A stretch of DNA of 64,000 nucleotides from an uncultured Bacteroidota bacterium (GCA_937129385.1 CAKZNC010000220.1:98604-162603); one strand, 5' to 3'. Numbered from the stretch's first letter, positions 28,657-40,050 are shown. Notes: generated by a model from the sequence alone, not told the origin. Numbers and translations are program-made.

Positions 28657-29387
28657 AAGTAAATGATGTCATATTTATTGCGATTAACCGTCAGGTCAAC
28701 ATTAAGTTCCCTGTCATACTCCAGGTTCCCACCCTCAACTTCCACCTCCAGGTTCTTTAAAATATAGTTCGAATATATCATAAAGATCTGTTCCCCCGTC
28801 ATCTCCCCAACGATATATTCTCCTGTTTTTTTATGAAAAAATTCGAATTTCACAGGCACCAGCAAACCTGCGGAATATTTGATCCTTTTTGCCACGTCTT
28901 TAACTGATCTGTCGATCTCTGCAACTCCATCATTCAATGATAACCCGGGTATCCTATCACAAATCAACGGACGGCTCAGCAGCAATTCGATATCATCGAA
29001 ATTGATCGGGGGAGCATATCCCGTTCCTGAATCCTTCAGTACATAAACCAATTTATCCAACCGGTTGATAATCACTGTGCTATCCTGGTTTACACCGATA
29101 CGTATCATTTCAAAGCCTGCATTGACAGCACTAACCAACAGCACTGAACCGGGTCTGTAATAGAGGGTAAGCTTTGCATTATAAGAATCCTCCCCCAACG
29201 TAACTTTTGCATCTATCTTTTTGACATACAATGTTTTATAATTGTATATTGAGTCGCAGGAGGTTGTTTCAGTTTCAACATAAGCTACGGTTTTGTCGGA
29301 ACGAATCTTGCGGCCAGAGGAACATGATGCGGCCATCAATGCAATTAGGAGCAATGACAACATATTTCGATACTTACTGTTGCTCAT
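28653..29387 (-). CDS. DUF4292-like lipoprotein
   Basis: Lipobox AASC; conserved position between the TPR protein and envC in Bacteroidota. Confidence 0.6.
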   Translation of the reverse strand: MSNSKYRNMLSLLLIALMAASCSSGRKIRSDKTVAYVETETTSCDSIYNYKTLYVKKIDAKVTLGEDSYNAKLTLYYRPGSVLLVSAVNAGFEMIRIGVNQDSTVIINRLDKLVYVLKDSGTGYAPPINFDDIELLLSRPLICDRIPGLSLNDGVAEIDRSVKDVAKRIKYSAGLLVPVKFEFFHKKTGEYIVGEMTGEQIFMIYSNYILKNLEVEVEGGNLEYDRELNVDLTVNRNKYDIIYL

Positions 29388-31062
29388 ATGCTTGTTCTAT
29401 TTTTTGAATCAGCCTTTCTTCGTTACCACCCAGAATAATTGCTTTCTGATAAAACGATTCGGCCATCTTCGTCTCCCCCAGCTCCCTAAAAATATCGCCC
29501 GCATGTTCGTTCACTTCAGCATCATCACCTGCCCCGTTATTCAGTGCCTTCTGAATATATTTACCCGCATCTTCATATCGTTCCATTTTATACAGAATCC
29601 ATGCATAGGTATCAAGGTAGGTGCTGTTAAGTGGATCATTATTTAAGGTCATCCTGCTGTATTTCTCTGCCTCCTCAAGGCCTTTTCCGCGCTCCGAAAG
29701 GTAATAGCTGAAATTATTCATCGCCATAAAATTATCTGGCTCCATCATGATAATGGACCGAAAAAGGCTATCTGATCCAGGGTAATCTCCAATTCTGTAT
29801 AGCGCCTCTGCATTCAATATCCTGGCCTGAGAAATCAATTCCTGTCTTGCAAATTTTTCAATATTTTCTGAACTAAAAGTAACAATGAGCGCTTTATAAT
29901 CATTATTCTCATATTCAGCAATCCCTTTATAATAAATGATTTCTGCACTATCAGGAAATAACCTGAAGGCTTTCGTGGTAATTCTGAGCATATCCTCCTT
30001 TCTCCCGGTCGCGTTTGCCAGGAGTATTCCCTGTTTCCAAATCTCATATTTTTTTTCACCCTGTTCAAGCACTGGTATCAAAGCATCGAGGGCATTTCCA
30101 TATTGATTATGCTGAATAAAAAAATCGGTTCCGAAAAGATGAATTTCTTTTTTATCGGGATACATCTCCAACATTGTATTGATCAGATATGAAAGTTCCC
30201 TGCTAAAATTTTTAAAGAAATATTCATCGGAGAGATAGAAACTTAATATCGCCATCTTTTTCTCGTATGGTATCGCCTCACTCCTGAAGGACCTTTCGAG
30301 GTAATAAAGACTTTTGCTATACGCTTCTTTTTGCCTGTAGTAATCAGTAAGATTTGTCAGCGCATAAATATTCAGGCTGTCCAGTTCAAAAACCTCTTCA
30401 TATAGATCTGCAGCCACATCAGTATTGTCATTCTTAAGAGCGAGCTCTGCTGCCACCACATGGAATTCGATGGATTCAGGAAATACCTCTATCAGCTTTT
30501 CCACCTCCCGTCTCGCTTTCAGATACTCCTTCTCTTTCTCATAAATATTGGCCTTCAACATGGTGATCTTATCAGAAATACCATAATGATCTTCGATCCG
30601 AACAAGGGTTTTGATGGCCCTTTTAGCCTTTCCTTCCAAAAAATACACATTGGCAAGTTTGTAAAGATGATCTATGTTTTCGGGTGATTCCCTGATCCGT
30701 TGTTTTAACAATTTGACTGACGCTTTATACTCCTTATTCATAAGAAGTACATCAATGTAACTTTCAAAAAACCACTTATTATCAGGATTCAGATCATTTG
30801 CCCGCACCAGGTGGTTAATGGCCTCTTTTGATTTACCAGTCATTGCCAAAAGGGTGCCAAGTTCGTAATGTGCAACAGCAACAGAATCATTTTCCTCAAT
30901 CACCATCCGGTACAATTCCATTGCCCCGGGCAAATTGCCCAGATTTTTCTGTTTCACTGCTTCAATCAGCGCGTACTGGTAATCTTTATTTCCGCTTTGA
31001 GCTGAGAGCGTGAAATTCAAAATTAAAAGTAAGATGATTCCTAATCGACTCATCCCTATCAT
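29374..31062 (-). CDS. Exported tetratricopeptide repeat protein
   Basis: Signal peptide, TPR repeats, NNFSYYL..LDTYAWILY..EHAGDI C-terminus. Confidence 0.88.
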   Translation of the reverse strand: MIGMSRLGIILLLILNFTLSAQSGNKDYQYALIEAVKQKNLGNLPGAMELYRMVIEENDSVAVAHYELGTLLAMTGKSKEAINHLVRANDLNPDNKWFFESYIDVLLMNKEYKASVKLLKQRIRESPENIDHLYKLANVYFLEGKAKRAIKTLVRIEDHYGISDKITMLKANIYEKEKEYLKARREVEKLIEVFPESIEFHVVAAELALKNDNTDVAADLYEEVFELDSLNIYALTNLTDYYRQKEAYSKSLYYLERSFRSEAIPYEKKMAILSFYLSDEYFFKNFSRELSYLINTMLEMYPDKKEIHLFGTDFFIQHNQYGNALDALIPVLEQGEKKYEIWKQGILLANATGRKEDMLRITTKAFRLFPDSAEIIYYKGIAEYENNDYKALIVTFSSENIEKFARQELISQARILNAEALYRIGDYPGSDSLFRSIIMMEPDNFMAMNNFSYYLSERGKGLEEAEKYSRMTLNNDPLNSTYLDTYAWILYKMERYEDAGKYIQKALNNGAGDDAEVNEHAGDIFRELGETKMAESFYQKAIILGGNEERLIQKIEQAYEQQ

Positions 31063-31076
31063 AAATATACTCCTTC

Positions 31077-31511
31077 CTAGTTTGTTCCGGTATGACCGAA
31101 TCCCCCGGATCCCCGGCTGGTCTCATCCAGCCTTTCAACGTGTTCCCATTTGATCGTTTCATGCTTTTTGATCACCATCTGACAAATTCTCTCCCCTGGG
31201 TCGATCAAATATTCATCTGAAGAAAGATTCACAACAATTACACCAATTTCCCCCCTGTAATCCGCATCAATCGTTCCAGGAGTATTTAATACTGAAATCC
31301 CATGCTTAAGTGCGAGTCCACTGCGTGGTCGAATCTGGGCTTCGTATCCCGGGGATAATTCTATGAAAAGACCTGTGGGAACCAACTTTCGCTCAAGGGG
31401 TTTTAGGTTAATTCCTTCTTCAATGTGCGCTCTTAAATCCATTCCGGCAGAATGCAGTGTGGCGTATTCCGGTAGCGGGTTTTTGGATTTATTTACAATT
31501 TTAACCTTCAT
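31077..31511 (-). CDS. dut: dUTP diphosphatase
   Basis: [33 protein letters not shown]. Confidence 0.97.
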   Translation of the reverse strand: MKVKIVNKSKNPLPEYATLHSAGMDLRAHIEEGINLKPLERKLVPTGLFIELSPGYEAQIRPRSGLALKHGISVLNTPGTIDADYRGEIGVIVVNLSSDEYLIDPGERICQMVIKKHETIKWEHVERLDETSRGSGGFGHTGTN

Positions 31512-31525
31512 GTGTTCTCTGCTCT

Positions 31526-32998
31526 TTAAGTTGAAATGTATTTCTTGAAAGATTTTCTCTCCCCAATATAAAACATGGTCAGTGCAGCAATGATCAATAT
31601 TGGTTTAATCCAATCAACTATAAAATTATTGCTCAAAGTTAATGCCTTGTCAATGTAAAAGAAACCTACAATAGTAACAAAATAGATTGATAATCTTCTG
31701 AGATCGTAGGGTATATAAAACTGTTTTCTTGACAATAAGTACGAAAGCAATATCATTACTGTATAGCACACCAGGTGTCCCCATGCAGCAGCGACATATC
31801 CATATACAGGCACAAAAACAACATTGATAATGATCGTGATCAATGCGCCCGTAATCACCAGTACTGCACCTATTAACGTCTTATTTGTCAGTTTATACCA
31901 GATCGACAGATTGAAAAAGACTCCGATAAGCAAGTTCGCCATTAAAACAATGGGGACAATAAATACTCCCTCCCTGAAATTAACCCCGATAAACAACTTG
32001 AAGACATCTATATACAGGGTAACAACCAGAAATATCATCAACGCGGGAATCAGGTAAAATTTCATTACATCGGCATACAATTCCCTTGCATTCCTTTCCG
32101 AGGATTTTGAGAAGAAAAACGGTTCCGCGGCATACCTGAAGGCTTGTACATAAAGCGTCATCAGCACTGCGATCTTGTAATTTGCTCCATAGATTCCCAG
32201 CTGCTCCATCGGGTTTGATTCCGAATCCATCAGGTGCTTCAGCAATGTCCGGTCCAAAGCTTCATTGACTGCTCCGGCCAGTCCTGCAATAAGAAGCGGA
32301 TAGGAATATTTTAGTATTTTCCTAAGTAATACTGCCTGGAAAGATCCTCTTTTCACTGCGAGAATTTCTGGTAACAGCAAAATGGTTTTTACCAATGTCG
32401 CAACCAGGTTGGAGATCAATACATATCCTACCCCGATGTCAGGATTATAAATTCTCCTTACCCAATCCGCGGACTCATAATTTTCATCGCAGTATTTTAT
32501 AAAAAACAGGTTAAGTCCAATATTGACAACAATTTCCACGATTCGTATTGTCGCATACCGTTTAGCCTTATTCATCAGGCGAATCCTTGCAAAAGGAATT
32601 GCCGTAAATGCATCCAAAGCCACGATCAGTGCAAGCCATTGAATATATTCAGGATTTCCTGAATACTGCAGTAATCCGGATACAGGTTTCAGAAAGATAT
32701 TTATCAGTATAACGAACAAAGCAGATGTTGAAAAAACAGAAATGAGGATACTTTTATAGATCGTATCCTTCTTTTCGCTGTTGCTTGCGAAGCGGAAGAA
32801 TCCTGTTTCCATTCCATAAGTAAGCACGATCAAGAGCAGTACCACATAAGCGTATAGTTCAGTGATCACTCCATATTCGCCAAGTTGGAATTCTCTCGTA
32901 TAGAATGGTGTAAGGAATACAAAATTCAGAAACCGCGGCAGAACAATACCCATGCCGTATACCGCAGTTTGGCCAAAAAGTTGCTTAATTGGGTTCAC
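31526..32998 (-). CDS. MOP-superfamily polysaccharide/lipid II flippase-like membrane protein
   Basis: About 14 TMs; [28 protein letters not shown]; conserved upstream of dut. Confidence 0.8.
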   Translation of the reverse strand: MNPIKQLFGQTAVYGMGIVLPRFLNFVFLTPFYTREFQLGEYGVITELYAYVVLLLIVLTYGMETGFFRFASNSEKKDTIYKSILISVFSTSALFVILINIFLKPVSGLLQYSGNPEYIQWLALIVALDAFTAIPFARIRLMNKAKRYATIRIVEIVVNIGLNLFFIKYCDENYESADWVRRIYNPDIGVGYVLISNLVATLVKTILLLPEILAVKRGSFQAVLLRKILKYSYPLLIAGLAGAVNEALDRTLLKHLMDSESNPMEQLGIYGANYKIAVLMTLYVQAFRYAAEPFFFSKSSERNARELYADVMKFYLIPALMIFLVVTLYIDVFKLFIGVNFREGVFIVPIVLMANLLIGVFFNLSIWYKLTNKTLIGAVLVITGALITIIINVVFVPVYGYVAAAWGHLVCYTVMILLSYLLSRKQFYIPYDLRRLSIYFVTIVGFFYIDKALTLSNNFIVDWIKPILIIAALTMFYIGERKSFKKYIST

Positions 32999-33846
32999 GA
33001 TTGGTTTACGATGTGCTCAAATGTTTCATCAATCGTAGCAAAGTTAAACTTATATCCCGCTTCCAGCAGTTTTTTCGGATAAACTGTTTGTCCTTTTAAG
33101 ATGATTGAGGCTGCTTTTCCCATCAGGACATAAAACGCCAATGCGGGAATTCTGAAAAATGCAGGTCGGCGCAAATGAGCAGCCAGTGATCTTGTAAATT
33201 CCCTGTTGGTAACTGGATTTGGGGCGGTAATATTGAATGCGCCCTGACTGTTCTTATCAATGAGAAACCTGATGGAGTCAATCACATCATCCACATGAAC
33301 AAATGAAATAACCTGCTTTCCCGAACCGATCACCCCTCCTAATCCCATCCTGAACAATTTATACAATCGCGGGAATGCTCCTCCCTGGTTCCCCAGGACC
33401 ACGCCAAGCCTAATCAGCACAATTCGCGTTTTGGATCCGGTTTTTTCAGCCGTTTCTTCCCATTGCTGTACCACTTGAGCCAAAAAATCATCACCAGTCG
33501 AATAACTATATTCATCATGTACCTTTCCCTGTCTATAGATCCCTATTGCCGACGCATTGATAAAAACTCCGGGGCCTTTTTCACACAGCCGCATCGCCTC
33601 CACAAGGTTTTCAGTTACACGAACCCTGCTTTCCTGTATCTTTATCCTGTTCTTTTTTGTCCATCTTCTTGCAACGTTGTATCCTGCGGTATTAATAAGC
33701 ACATCTGCATTATTGATTTTATCTGAAAGGACCGCTGTATTTCCATACAGCTCATTTCTATCAAGAAGAATCAAATCCTGATCGCGGAACGCTTTTTGTA
33801 GCTGCTTTCCAATAAATCCATTATAACCTGCAAGAGCAATAACCAT
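32995..33846 (-). CDS. TIGR01777/YfcH-like NAD-dependent epimerase family protein
   Basis: GYNGFIG, SRV, ASAIGIY, WE, RLGVVLG, GSGKQ, TAPNPVTNREF. Confidence 0.9.
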   Translation of the reverse strand: MVIALAGYNGFIGKQLQKAFRDQDLILLDRNELYGNTAVLSDKINNADVLINTAGYNVARRWTKKNRIKIQESRVRVTENLVEAMRLCEKGPGVFINASAIGIYRQGKVHDEYSYSTGDDFLAQVVQQWEETAEKTGSKTRIVLIRLGVVLGNQGGAFPRLYKLFRMGLGGVIGSGKQVISFVHVDDVIDSIRFLIDKNSQGAFNITAPNPVTNREFTRSLAAHLRRPAFFRIPALAFYVLMGKAASIILKGQTVYPKKLLEAGYKFNFATIDETFEHIVNQS

Positions 33847-33919
33847 ATTTTTATACTTTCGTATGCAAACTATTGAGGGTGCGTATTGTTATGCACATAA
33901 TCATCTAAATACATTACCC

Positions 33920-34591
33920 ATGAAACATCTCTCCATTTTAAATGTTCTGCTGGTCCTTGCACTATATCCATTGAATGGTCAGGAACAGCATGGAAAAACA
34001 GGCGATGTAATTGTCATAGAAACATCCATGGGAGATATGGAGGTTCTTTTATATGATGATACGCCACTTCACAGGGATAACATGTTAAAATTGGCTGATG
34101 ACGGATATTACAATGACCTGATTTTTCACAGGGTTATAAACAACTTTATGATACAGGGTGGTGATCCTCACTCAAAAGGTGCACCCAGGGGACAGCGACT
34201 TGGAACGGGCGGACCAGGGTATACAATCCCTGCGGAATTCAAGGAACAGCATTTTCACAAAAAAGGGGCCCTGGCAGCAGCCAGACAGGGAGACAATGTC
34301 AACCCAAAAAAAGAATCATCCGGATCACAATTCTATATTGTCCAGGGACAGGTCTTCAATACCGACCAACTAACGATGATGCAATCCTCTGGTCATCATA
34401 CACCATTCACTCCTGAGCAGATCGAAGCTTATACCACAGTGGGGGGTACCCCGCATCTCGATGGATCCTACACAGTATTTGGTGAGGTAATCGTCGGCAT
34501 GGAGATTCTGGATAGCATCGCAGCCGTAAAAACCGATAACTATGACAGGCCCCTTGAAGACGTGGCCTTCTCCATTCGAATCAAGGAGTGA
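33920..34591 (+). CDS. Cyclophilin-type peptidyl-prolyl cis-trans isomerase, exported
   Basis: FHRVINNFMIQGGDP, SSGSQFYIV, HLDGSYTVFGEV; start moved to MKHLSIL (signal peptide). Confidence 0.93.
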   Translation: MKHLSILNVLLVLALYPLNGQEQHGKTGDVIVIETSMGDMEVLLYDDTPLHRDNMLKLADDGYYNDLIFHRVINNFMIQGGDPHSKGAPRGQRLGTGGPGYTIPAEFKEQHFHKKGALAAARQGDNVNPKKESSGSQFYIVQGQVFNTDQLTMMQSSGHHTPFTPEQIEAYTTVGGTPHLDGSYTVFGEVIVGMEILDSIAAVKTDNYDRPLEDVAFSIRIKE

Positions 34592-34631
34592 TGCTATTTT
34601 TATTAACTTTACGGCTCTTTTTGAAAGTGTT

Positions 34632-35651
34632 ATGATTGACAGGATAGAACAATTAATCAGGGAGGCTGAAGAATTTCAGTCGGCTGAACCAGAATCAATA
34701 GAGGCGTTCAGGATCAGGTACCTGGGTAAAAAGGGTATACTGAATGACCTGTTTGCTGATTTTAAATCGGTACCCCCCGACCAGAAGCGACAGGTAGGTC
34801 AGAAGATCAATGAACTTAAAAGCCTGGTTTCCAAAAGGGTAGAAGAGTTAAAGAGTGTTGTGAAGAAATCTAATAAAGAGGGATCCGTTCCAGACCTTAC
34901 TGTTCCCGGAATCTCTTTACGATCAGGATCTCGTCACCCGATATCCATTGTCCGCAATCAGATCATCGATATTTTCACTCGCCTTGGTTTTAATATATCT
35001 GAAGGTCCGGAAATTGAGGATGACTGGCATGTTTTTTCTGCCCTTAATTTTCCACCTGAGCATCCAGCAAGAGACATGCAGGATACATTCTTTATTGAAA
35101 AAGATCCAGATGTTCTGCTGCGAACCCATACTTCATCGGTACAGGTAAGGGTGATGGAAAACAGTCAGCCCCCGATACGTACCATTTCTCCGGGCCGTGT
35201 TTTCAGAAATGAAGCTATCTCAGCAAGAGCTCATTGTATTTTTCACCAGGTGGAAGGATTGTATATTGACGAAAATGTGTCTTTTGCTGACCTAAAGCAG
35301 ACGCTGATGTATTTTGCCAAGGAGATGTTCGGAGACCAGACCGAAATCAGGTTCCGTCCCTCATTTTTCCCATTTACCGAACCGAGTGCTGAAATGGACA
35401 TCAGTTGCAAGATTTGTGGAGGAAAAGGATGCAATGTTTGCAAATACACAGGGTGGCTGGAGATATTGGGTTGTGGTATGGTGGATCCCAATGTGCTTGA
35501 TTATTCCAATATTGACAGTAAAAAATGCACGGGATTTGCATTCGGTATGGGTATAGAACGCATCACCATGCTTAAGTATGAAGTTAAAGATCTGCGTCTC
35601 TATTTTGAAAATGATGTGCGTTTCCTGTCACAGTTTTCAGCAGCCTTTTAA
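34632..35651 (+). CDS. pheS: Phenylalanine--tRNA ligase alpha subunit
   Basis: HPARDMQDTF, LRTHTS, FHQVEGL, FPFTEPS, GFAFGMGIERI; CxxC..CxxC insert; start moved to MIDRIE. Confidence 0.97.
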   Translation: MIDRIEQLIREAEEFQSAEPESIEAFRIRYLGKKGILNDLFADFKSVPPDQKRQVGQKINELKSLVSKRVEELKSVVKKSNKEGSVPDLTVPGISLRSGSRHPISIVRNQIIDIFTRLGFNISEGPEIEDDWHVFSALNFPPEHPARDMQDTFFIEKDPDVLLRTHTSSVQVRVMENSQPPIRTISPGRVFRNEAISARAHCIFHQVEGLYIDENVSFADLKQTLMYFAKEMFGDQTEIRFRPSFFPFTEPSAEMDISCKICGGKGCNVCKYTGWLEILGCGMVDPNVLDYSNIDSKKCTGFAFGMGIERITMLKYEVKDLRLYFENDVRFLSQFSAAF

Positions 35652-36079
35652 ACATCAAGTTTATCTCCGTTCAGCAGAATTTCATGTGACACCGGGAATG
35701 AATCCCTGTAATTTGCCGAAACGCCACAATACCTGTCTTTTGAAAGTGTAACTGCCTTCTTTATTTTCTCTTCCTGCAGTTCTTTGCCTTCGAAACGATA
35801 AATCACTTTCATCGCAGTATATGGCTTGGGATATTCCTCATCCATTTCAGCCACCACACCAATGCTGAGTGAATCATACTCCACGCGCATTTTTCTCAGG
35901 ATAGAAACGACATCCATTCCAGTACACCCAGCAAGCGCGACCATCATCAGCCCTTTGGGTCTCGGTCCTGAATTTTTACCGCCCACTGATTCATCTGCAT
36001 CAATGTATATTTTATGGCCATTCAATTCCGTTTCGAATGCCATGTCTCCAAGAAAATCAAGATCAATTTTTTGTTTCAT
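35648..36079 (-). CDS. OsmC/YhfA family protein
   Basis: GPRPK..LAGCTGMDV and SKDRYCGV, two conserved Cys. Confidence 0.88.
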   Translation of the reverse strand: MKQKIDLDFLGDMAFETELNGHKIYIDADESVGGKNSGPRPKGLMMVALAGCTGMDVVSILRKMRVEYDSLSIGVVAEMDEEYPKPYTAMKVIYRFEGKELQEEKIKKAVTLSKDRYCGVSANYRDSFPVSHEILLNGDKLDV

Positions 36080-36163
36080 TTTGTCAATTTGTAGGGTTTC
36101 TATCCATTATATCAATCAGAAGTGCAAAATGTTCACCTTTCTGAGCTGATCCTGGTATACTCT

Positions 36164-36190
36164 AAAAAAAAATCCCGGGAATCCCGGGAT
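36164..36190 (-). terminator. Rho-independent terminator after the 56-aa membrane protein
   Basis: Minus strand ATCCCGG-GATTC-CCGGGAT hairpin followed by a T-tract. Confidence 0.7.
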
Positions 36191-36217
36191 CAACAATAAA
36201 TTATATGAAATCCCGGA

Positions 36218-36388
36218 TCAATCCAGGAATTTATTCAGTAGAATATGACCAAACAGACCCACTACAATCAGGATCAGACTGACGGCAAGTTTTGCATTTG
36301 ACTGGTTTTCTCTGAAAACAGAAATACTTAAAATAACCACACCAATAACAATCAACAAAAGGCCAAGATTTTTAAGAATATCTTTCAT
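36218..36388 (-). CDS. Small two-TM membrane protein, 56 aa
   Basis: Not in the ORF track. MKDILKNLGLLLIVIGVVILSISVFRENQSNAKLAVSLILIVVGLFGHILLNKFLD*; has its own TATATTTG element and terminator. Confidence 0.78.
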   Translation of the reverse strand: MKDILKNLGLLLIVIGVVILSISVFRENQSNAKLAVSLILIVVGLFGHILLNKFLD

Positions 36389-36412
36389 TTTGGGTTGCTT
36401 TTATTTTCAGTT

Positions 36413-36420
36413 CAAATATA
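36413..36420 (-). promoter_or_regulatory. -7 element TATATTTG for the 56-aa ORF
   Basis: TAnnTTTG consensus 24 nt before the ATG. Confidence 0.6.
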
Positions 36421-36430
36421 ATACAAAATA

Positions 36431-37456
36431 TCAAAACAGCAGGCTTTGGTCTCCTTTATATTTCCCTATATGTTTGTAGGCTATTTCCGTAGCCTCCCTT
36501 CCCCTTGGGGTTCTCTTGATGTATCCCTCCTTGATGAGAAATGGTTCATATACCTCTTCAATGGTCCCAGCTTCTTCACCAACAGCCGTTGCTATTGTGG
36601 TAATTCCAACCGGACCTCCCTTGAACTTTTCAATGATTGTGGATAGTATTTTATTATCCATTTCGTCAAGACCAGACTTATCAATATTGAGAGCTTCAAG
36701 TCCGAATTTTGTAATGTTAAGGTCAATTACACCGGTACCCTTTACCTGTGCAAAATCCCTTATTCTTCTCAGCAGCGCATTGGCAATCCGGGGTGTTCCC
36801 CTGCTGCGTGAGGCGATCTCCACCGCTGCTTTATCTTCAATATCCACATCGAGTATTGAGGATGAACGCTTCACAATTCCTGTCAGCATATCTGCATCAT
36901 AATATTCCAGCAGTGAATTGATGCCAAATCTTGCACGAAGTGGTCCGGTAAGCAACCCCGATCGGGTTGTGGCCCCGATCAGCGTAAAGGGATTCAATGA
37001 GATCTGAACCGACCTGGCCGAAGGTCCCTTATCGATCATAATATCGATTTTATAATCTTCCATCGCTGAATAAAGATATTCCTCTACAATGGGGGATAAC
37101 CTGTGAATTTCATCAATAAACAGAACATCTCCTTCTTCCAGACCCGTCAGCAATCCTGCCAGATCTCCCGGTTTATCCAGTACAGGTCCAGATGTGGTTT
37201 TAATACTCACATCAAGTTCATTTGCGATGATATTTGCAAGGGTAGTTTTTCCAAGACCCGGGGGGCCATGCAACAATACATGATCAAGTGCTTCATCTCT
37301 CAGTCCAGCTGCTTCAACAAAGACTTTCAGATTGTCTGTGATTTTTTTCTGTCCACTAAAATCAGTGAATGACAGTGGTCTAAGCTGTTTATCAAGTTCC
37401 TTGTCCCGCTCTTGCAGGGGTTCATCCCTGAAATTAAAATCTTCTGTCTGGTCCAT
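36431..37456 (-). CDS. ruvB: Holliday junction branch migration helicase RuvB
   Basis: [44 protein letters not shown]. Confidence 0.98.
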   Translation of the reverse strand: MDQTEDFNFRDEPLQERDKELDKQLRPLSFTDFSGQKKITDNLKVFVEAAGLRDEALDHVLLHGPPGLGKTTLANIIANELDVSIKTTSGPVLDKPGDLAGLLTGLEEGDVLFIDEIHRLSPIVEEYLYSAMEDYKIDIMIDKGPSARSVQISLNPFTLIGATTRSGLLTGPLRARFGINSLLEYYDADMLTGIVKRSSSILDVDIEDKAAVEIASRSRGTPRIANALLRRIRDFAQVKGTGVIDLNITKFGLEALNIDKSGLDEMDNKILSTIIEKFKGGPVGITTIATAVGEEAGTIEEVYEPFLIKEGYIKRTPRGREATEIAYKHIGKYKGDQSLLF

Positions 37457-39046
37457 CTATTGAATTACTTTGATATCACTTTCAGGAAGTCTTACCCTGA
37501 TGCCATTGATTCGTATCTCCCTGTTTTTCCTGTATGTTATGGCAATTTCCATGTCTCCTGCCTCATCATATTTTCTCCAGGTTTTTTCCCTGATTCCTAC
37601 TTCGTAATATTGTTCCTCTTTAATATCACCATCGGGGTAATAGTAAAATTGCCACTTGTCTGGAAGTCCCTGCAAATAGTTACCCTTGAAGTGGAGGGAT
37701 CCATCATTGTAGTAATATAACCATTGCCCCTCTCTTAAACCAATAATATACTTACCCTCTTCACGGTGATCTCCCACATGGTATACCCATTCACCATCCT
37801 TTTCTCCGGTAATATAATTTCCTGATGAAATGATACTTCCTGTCTCATTGTATTCAACCGCATAACCATCTTCCTTTCCGTTAAAATAGTTTTCTTCCCT
37901 CCATATTGCTCCTGATTCATAATACCATAGCCAAGTACCATTGAACCTGCCATTCAGGAAACCTCCCCGCTGTTCAATATTTCCATTCTTAAAATAAAAA
38001 GTCCAGCTTCCTGATCTCCTGTTATTTGAATAGGTTCCTTTGGCCCTGAGTTCACCTGTTGCATAGAAATCAATCCAGCCGCCTCTCCTTTTTCCTTCAA
38101 GATCCACGACCCCTTCCGAAATCTTTTCCCCTCTCTGGTTATAAATATATGCGTTAGCAACGGTCCCGGTAGTATCAAAAAATCGGTGAATACCTATGGG
38201 TGTACCGTCCCTGTAACCTCCTGAAAATATGATTCTTCCATCTTCATCATAGGTCCTTTTGAAATCAATGATCTCACGAGCCTCTTCATCAATTTCTTCG
38301 ATAACTGCCCCTCTTTCATACCTGAGGGTTTGTAACAATTTTCCATCCGGATCGTATTCCCTATAATATCCATGCAACTGACCCTCCAGGTAATTCTCCT
38401 CTTTTTTTAATGATCCATCCTGATAGAAAGTTTTAAATGTACCTTGTCTGAACCCCTGTTCACTGGTACGGTTGATCCTCTCCCTGCTGATCAGATAATT
38501 GTCTTTATACTGTTTAAGAGTGATAATCGTACTGTCCCTGTCAAATTCTTTTGCATAACCTTCCTTTTTTCCATCCTGGAAGTAGACAACCTCTTTCAGT
38601 TCACCACTTTTATAGTAGTAATAAGAAGTCCCTTCCTTTCTATCATTGATATATAGTTCTTTCGACTGCAGTGTTTTTTTACCAGGATATTCCGGGTTGT
38701 CATAGGCATAAGCATATGTATACCCACTTTTTTTTCCCACCTTGTAGTTAATTACTTCTATAAGTTCACCAGATTGGTTGTAAAAACTCCAGGTACTGTC
38801 AAGTAGAAAATTTTTTCGCTTTCCTTCAGATTTTATTACGCCTGTGACATAATAGGTCTTCCAGTATCCATCAGGCTTTCCGTTCCTGACATATCCTTCG
38901 CTTGAAACCTGACCGTTCGGATAATATATCTTCACCGGACCATCTTTCTCGTCGAGCTGAGCATTAAGATTGACAGAACAGATCAAAATTGCTGGAAGTA
39001 TTGCCTTTGCAATCTTTCGAAACCATATGTGATTTAACGTATTCAA
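37457..39046 (-). CDS. Exported MORN-variant repeat protein (YwqK-like)
   Basis: Signal peptide and many (Y/F)Y.nG.....G.Y..G...G.W repeats; TTG start uncertain. Confidence 0.8.
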   Translation of the reverse strand: MNTLNHIWFRKIAKAILPAILICSVNLNAQLDEKDGPVKIYYPNGQVSSEGYVRNGKPDGYWKTYYVTGVIKSEGKRKNFLLDSTWSFYNQSGELIEVINYKVGKKSGYTYAYAYDNPEYPGKKTLQSKELYINDRKEGTSYYYYKSGELKEVVYFQDGKKEGYAKEFDRDSTIITLKQYKDNYLISRERINRTSEQGFRQGTFKTFYQDGSLKKEENYLEGQLHGYYREYDPDGKLLQTLRYERGAVIEEIDEEAREIIDFKRTYDEDGRIIFSGGYRDGTPIGIHRFFDTTGTVANAYIYNQRGEKISEGVVDLEGKRRGGWIDFYATGELRAKGTYSNNRRSGSWTFYFKNGNIEQRGGFLNGRFNGTWLWYYESGAIWREENYFNGKEDGYAVEYNETGSIISSGNYITGEKDGEWVYHVGDHREEGKYIIGLREGQWLYYYNDGSLHFKGNYLQGLPDKWQFYYYPDGDIKEEQYYEVGIREKTWRKYDEAGDMEIAITYRKNREIRINGIRVRLPESDIKVIQ

Positions 39047-39051
39047 AATAT

Positions 39052-40050
39052 TTAGAGGCCAAGTCGGCCTGATATTTCAAGCATCTTTTTAATTGAACCA
39101 ACTGCTTTATTGATCAGTTCCTTTTCCATAACGACTTCAGGTTGTTCATATTTAAGAGAATTATAGATTTTTTCAAGTGAAATGAGCTTCATAAATTTAC
39201 AATCATTGCATGCACAGGTAGAATCTTTCGGAGGAGCTGCAATGAATTGTTTATCAGGACTGGCAAGTTTCATCTGATGCAGGATCCCTGGTTCCGTAGC
39301 TACTATATACGCCCTGGATTCGTCTTCCTGAGTAAATTTAAGCAGGGAGGAGGTAGATCCCACGTGATCGGCAACGATCCTAACCGGCTTTTCACATTCA
39401 GGATGCGCAATGATCTTTGCATTGCTATACTCCTTTTTCAATTCCAGAATTCTTTCAAGGCTGAATTCTTCATGTACATGGCAAGCACCGTCCCAAATGA
39501 CCATTTCCCTACCGGTCAGATTATTTATATAATTCCCCAGGTTTCTATCCGGAGCAAATACAATTTTCTGATCCTTTGGCAAGCTATTTATAATTGCAAA
39601 GGCATTGGTAGAGGTAATTACTATATCAGTAAGTGCCTTGATGCGAGCAGATGTATTCACATATGAAACAACGATGTGATCGGGATATTTATCCAGGAAT
39701 TGCTCAAATTGGTCTGGAGGACATGATTCGGCGAGGGAACAACCTGCATTAAGGTCTGGTATGATCACCTTTTTCTCAGGGGAAAGAATTTTAGCCGTTT
39801 CTGCCATGAAATGCACTCCGGCGAATATTATAATATCAGCACTGGTACTTTCTGCTTTTCTTGAAAGATCAAGGCTGTCGCCAACAAAATCGGCAATGTC
39901 CTGAACTTCACTTTCCTGGTAATAATGTGCAAGAATCACAGCATTCTTTTCGTCTCTAAGATTATTTATCTCCTCCACAAGATTGGTTGAAGGAGGTATA
40001 TCTGCCTCAACAAATCCTTTATCAATTGTCACTTTATTCACAAGATTCAT
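39052..40050 (-). CDS. nadA: Quinolinate synthase NadA (4Fe-4S)
   Basis: AHYYQ, GDSL, FMAETAKIL, AGCSLA, YVNT, CHVH, HPEC, ATE, CNDCKFM. Confidence 0.96.
   Translation of the reverse strand: MNLVNKVTIDKGFVEADIPPSTNLVEEINNLRDEKNAVILAHYYQESEVQDIADFVGDSLDLSRKAESTSADIIIFAGVHFMAETAKILSPEKKVIIPDLNAGCSLAESCPPDQFEQFLDKYPDHIVVSYVNTSARIKALTDIVITSTNAFAIINSLPKDQKIVFAPDRNLGNYINNLTGREMVIWDGACHVHEEFSLERILELKKEYSNAKIIAHPECEKPVRIVADHVGSTSSLLKFTQEDESRAYIVATEPGILHQMKLASPDKQFIAAPPKDSTCACNDCKFMKLISLEKIYNSLKYEQPEVVMEKELINKAVGSIKKMLEISGRLGL

Noticed and set aside
27022-33846. Flippase-dut-TPR-DUF4292-envC-RsbW-like cluster as a novel system
   Set aside because: This is a recurrent core gene order in Bacteroidota, with nothing here beyond the usual arrangement.
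37457-39046. YwqK-type antitoxin implying a toxin-antitoxin system
   Set aside because: It has a signal peptide and sits between nadA and ruvB with no toxin gene nearby; it is a generic MORN-variant repeat protein.
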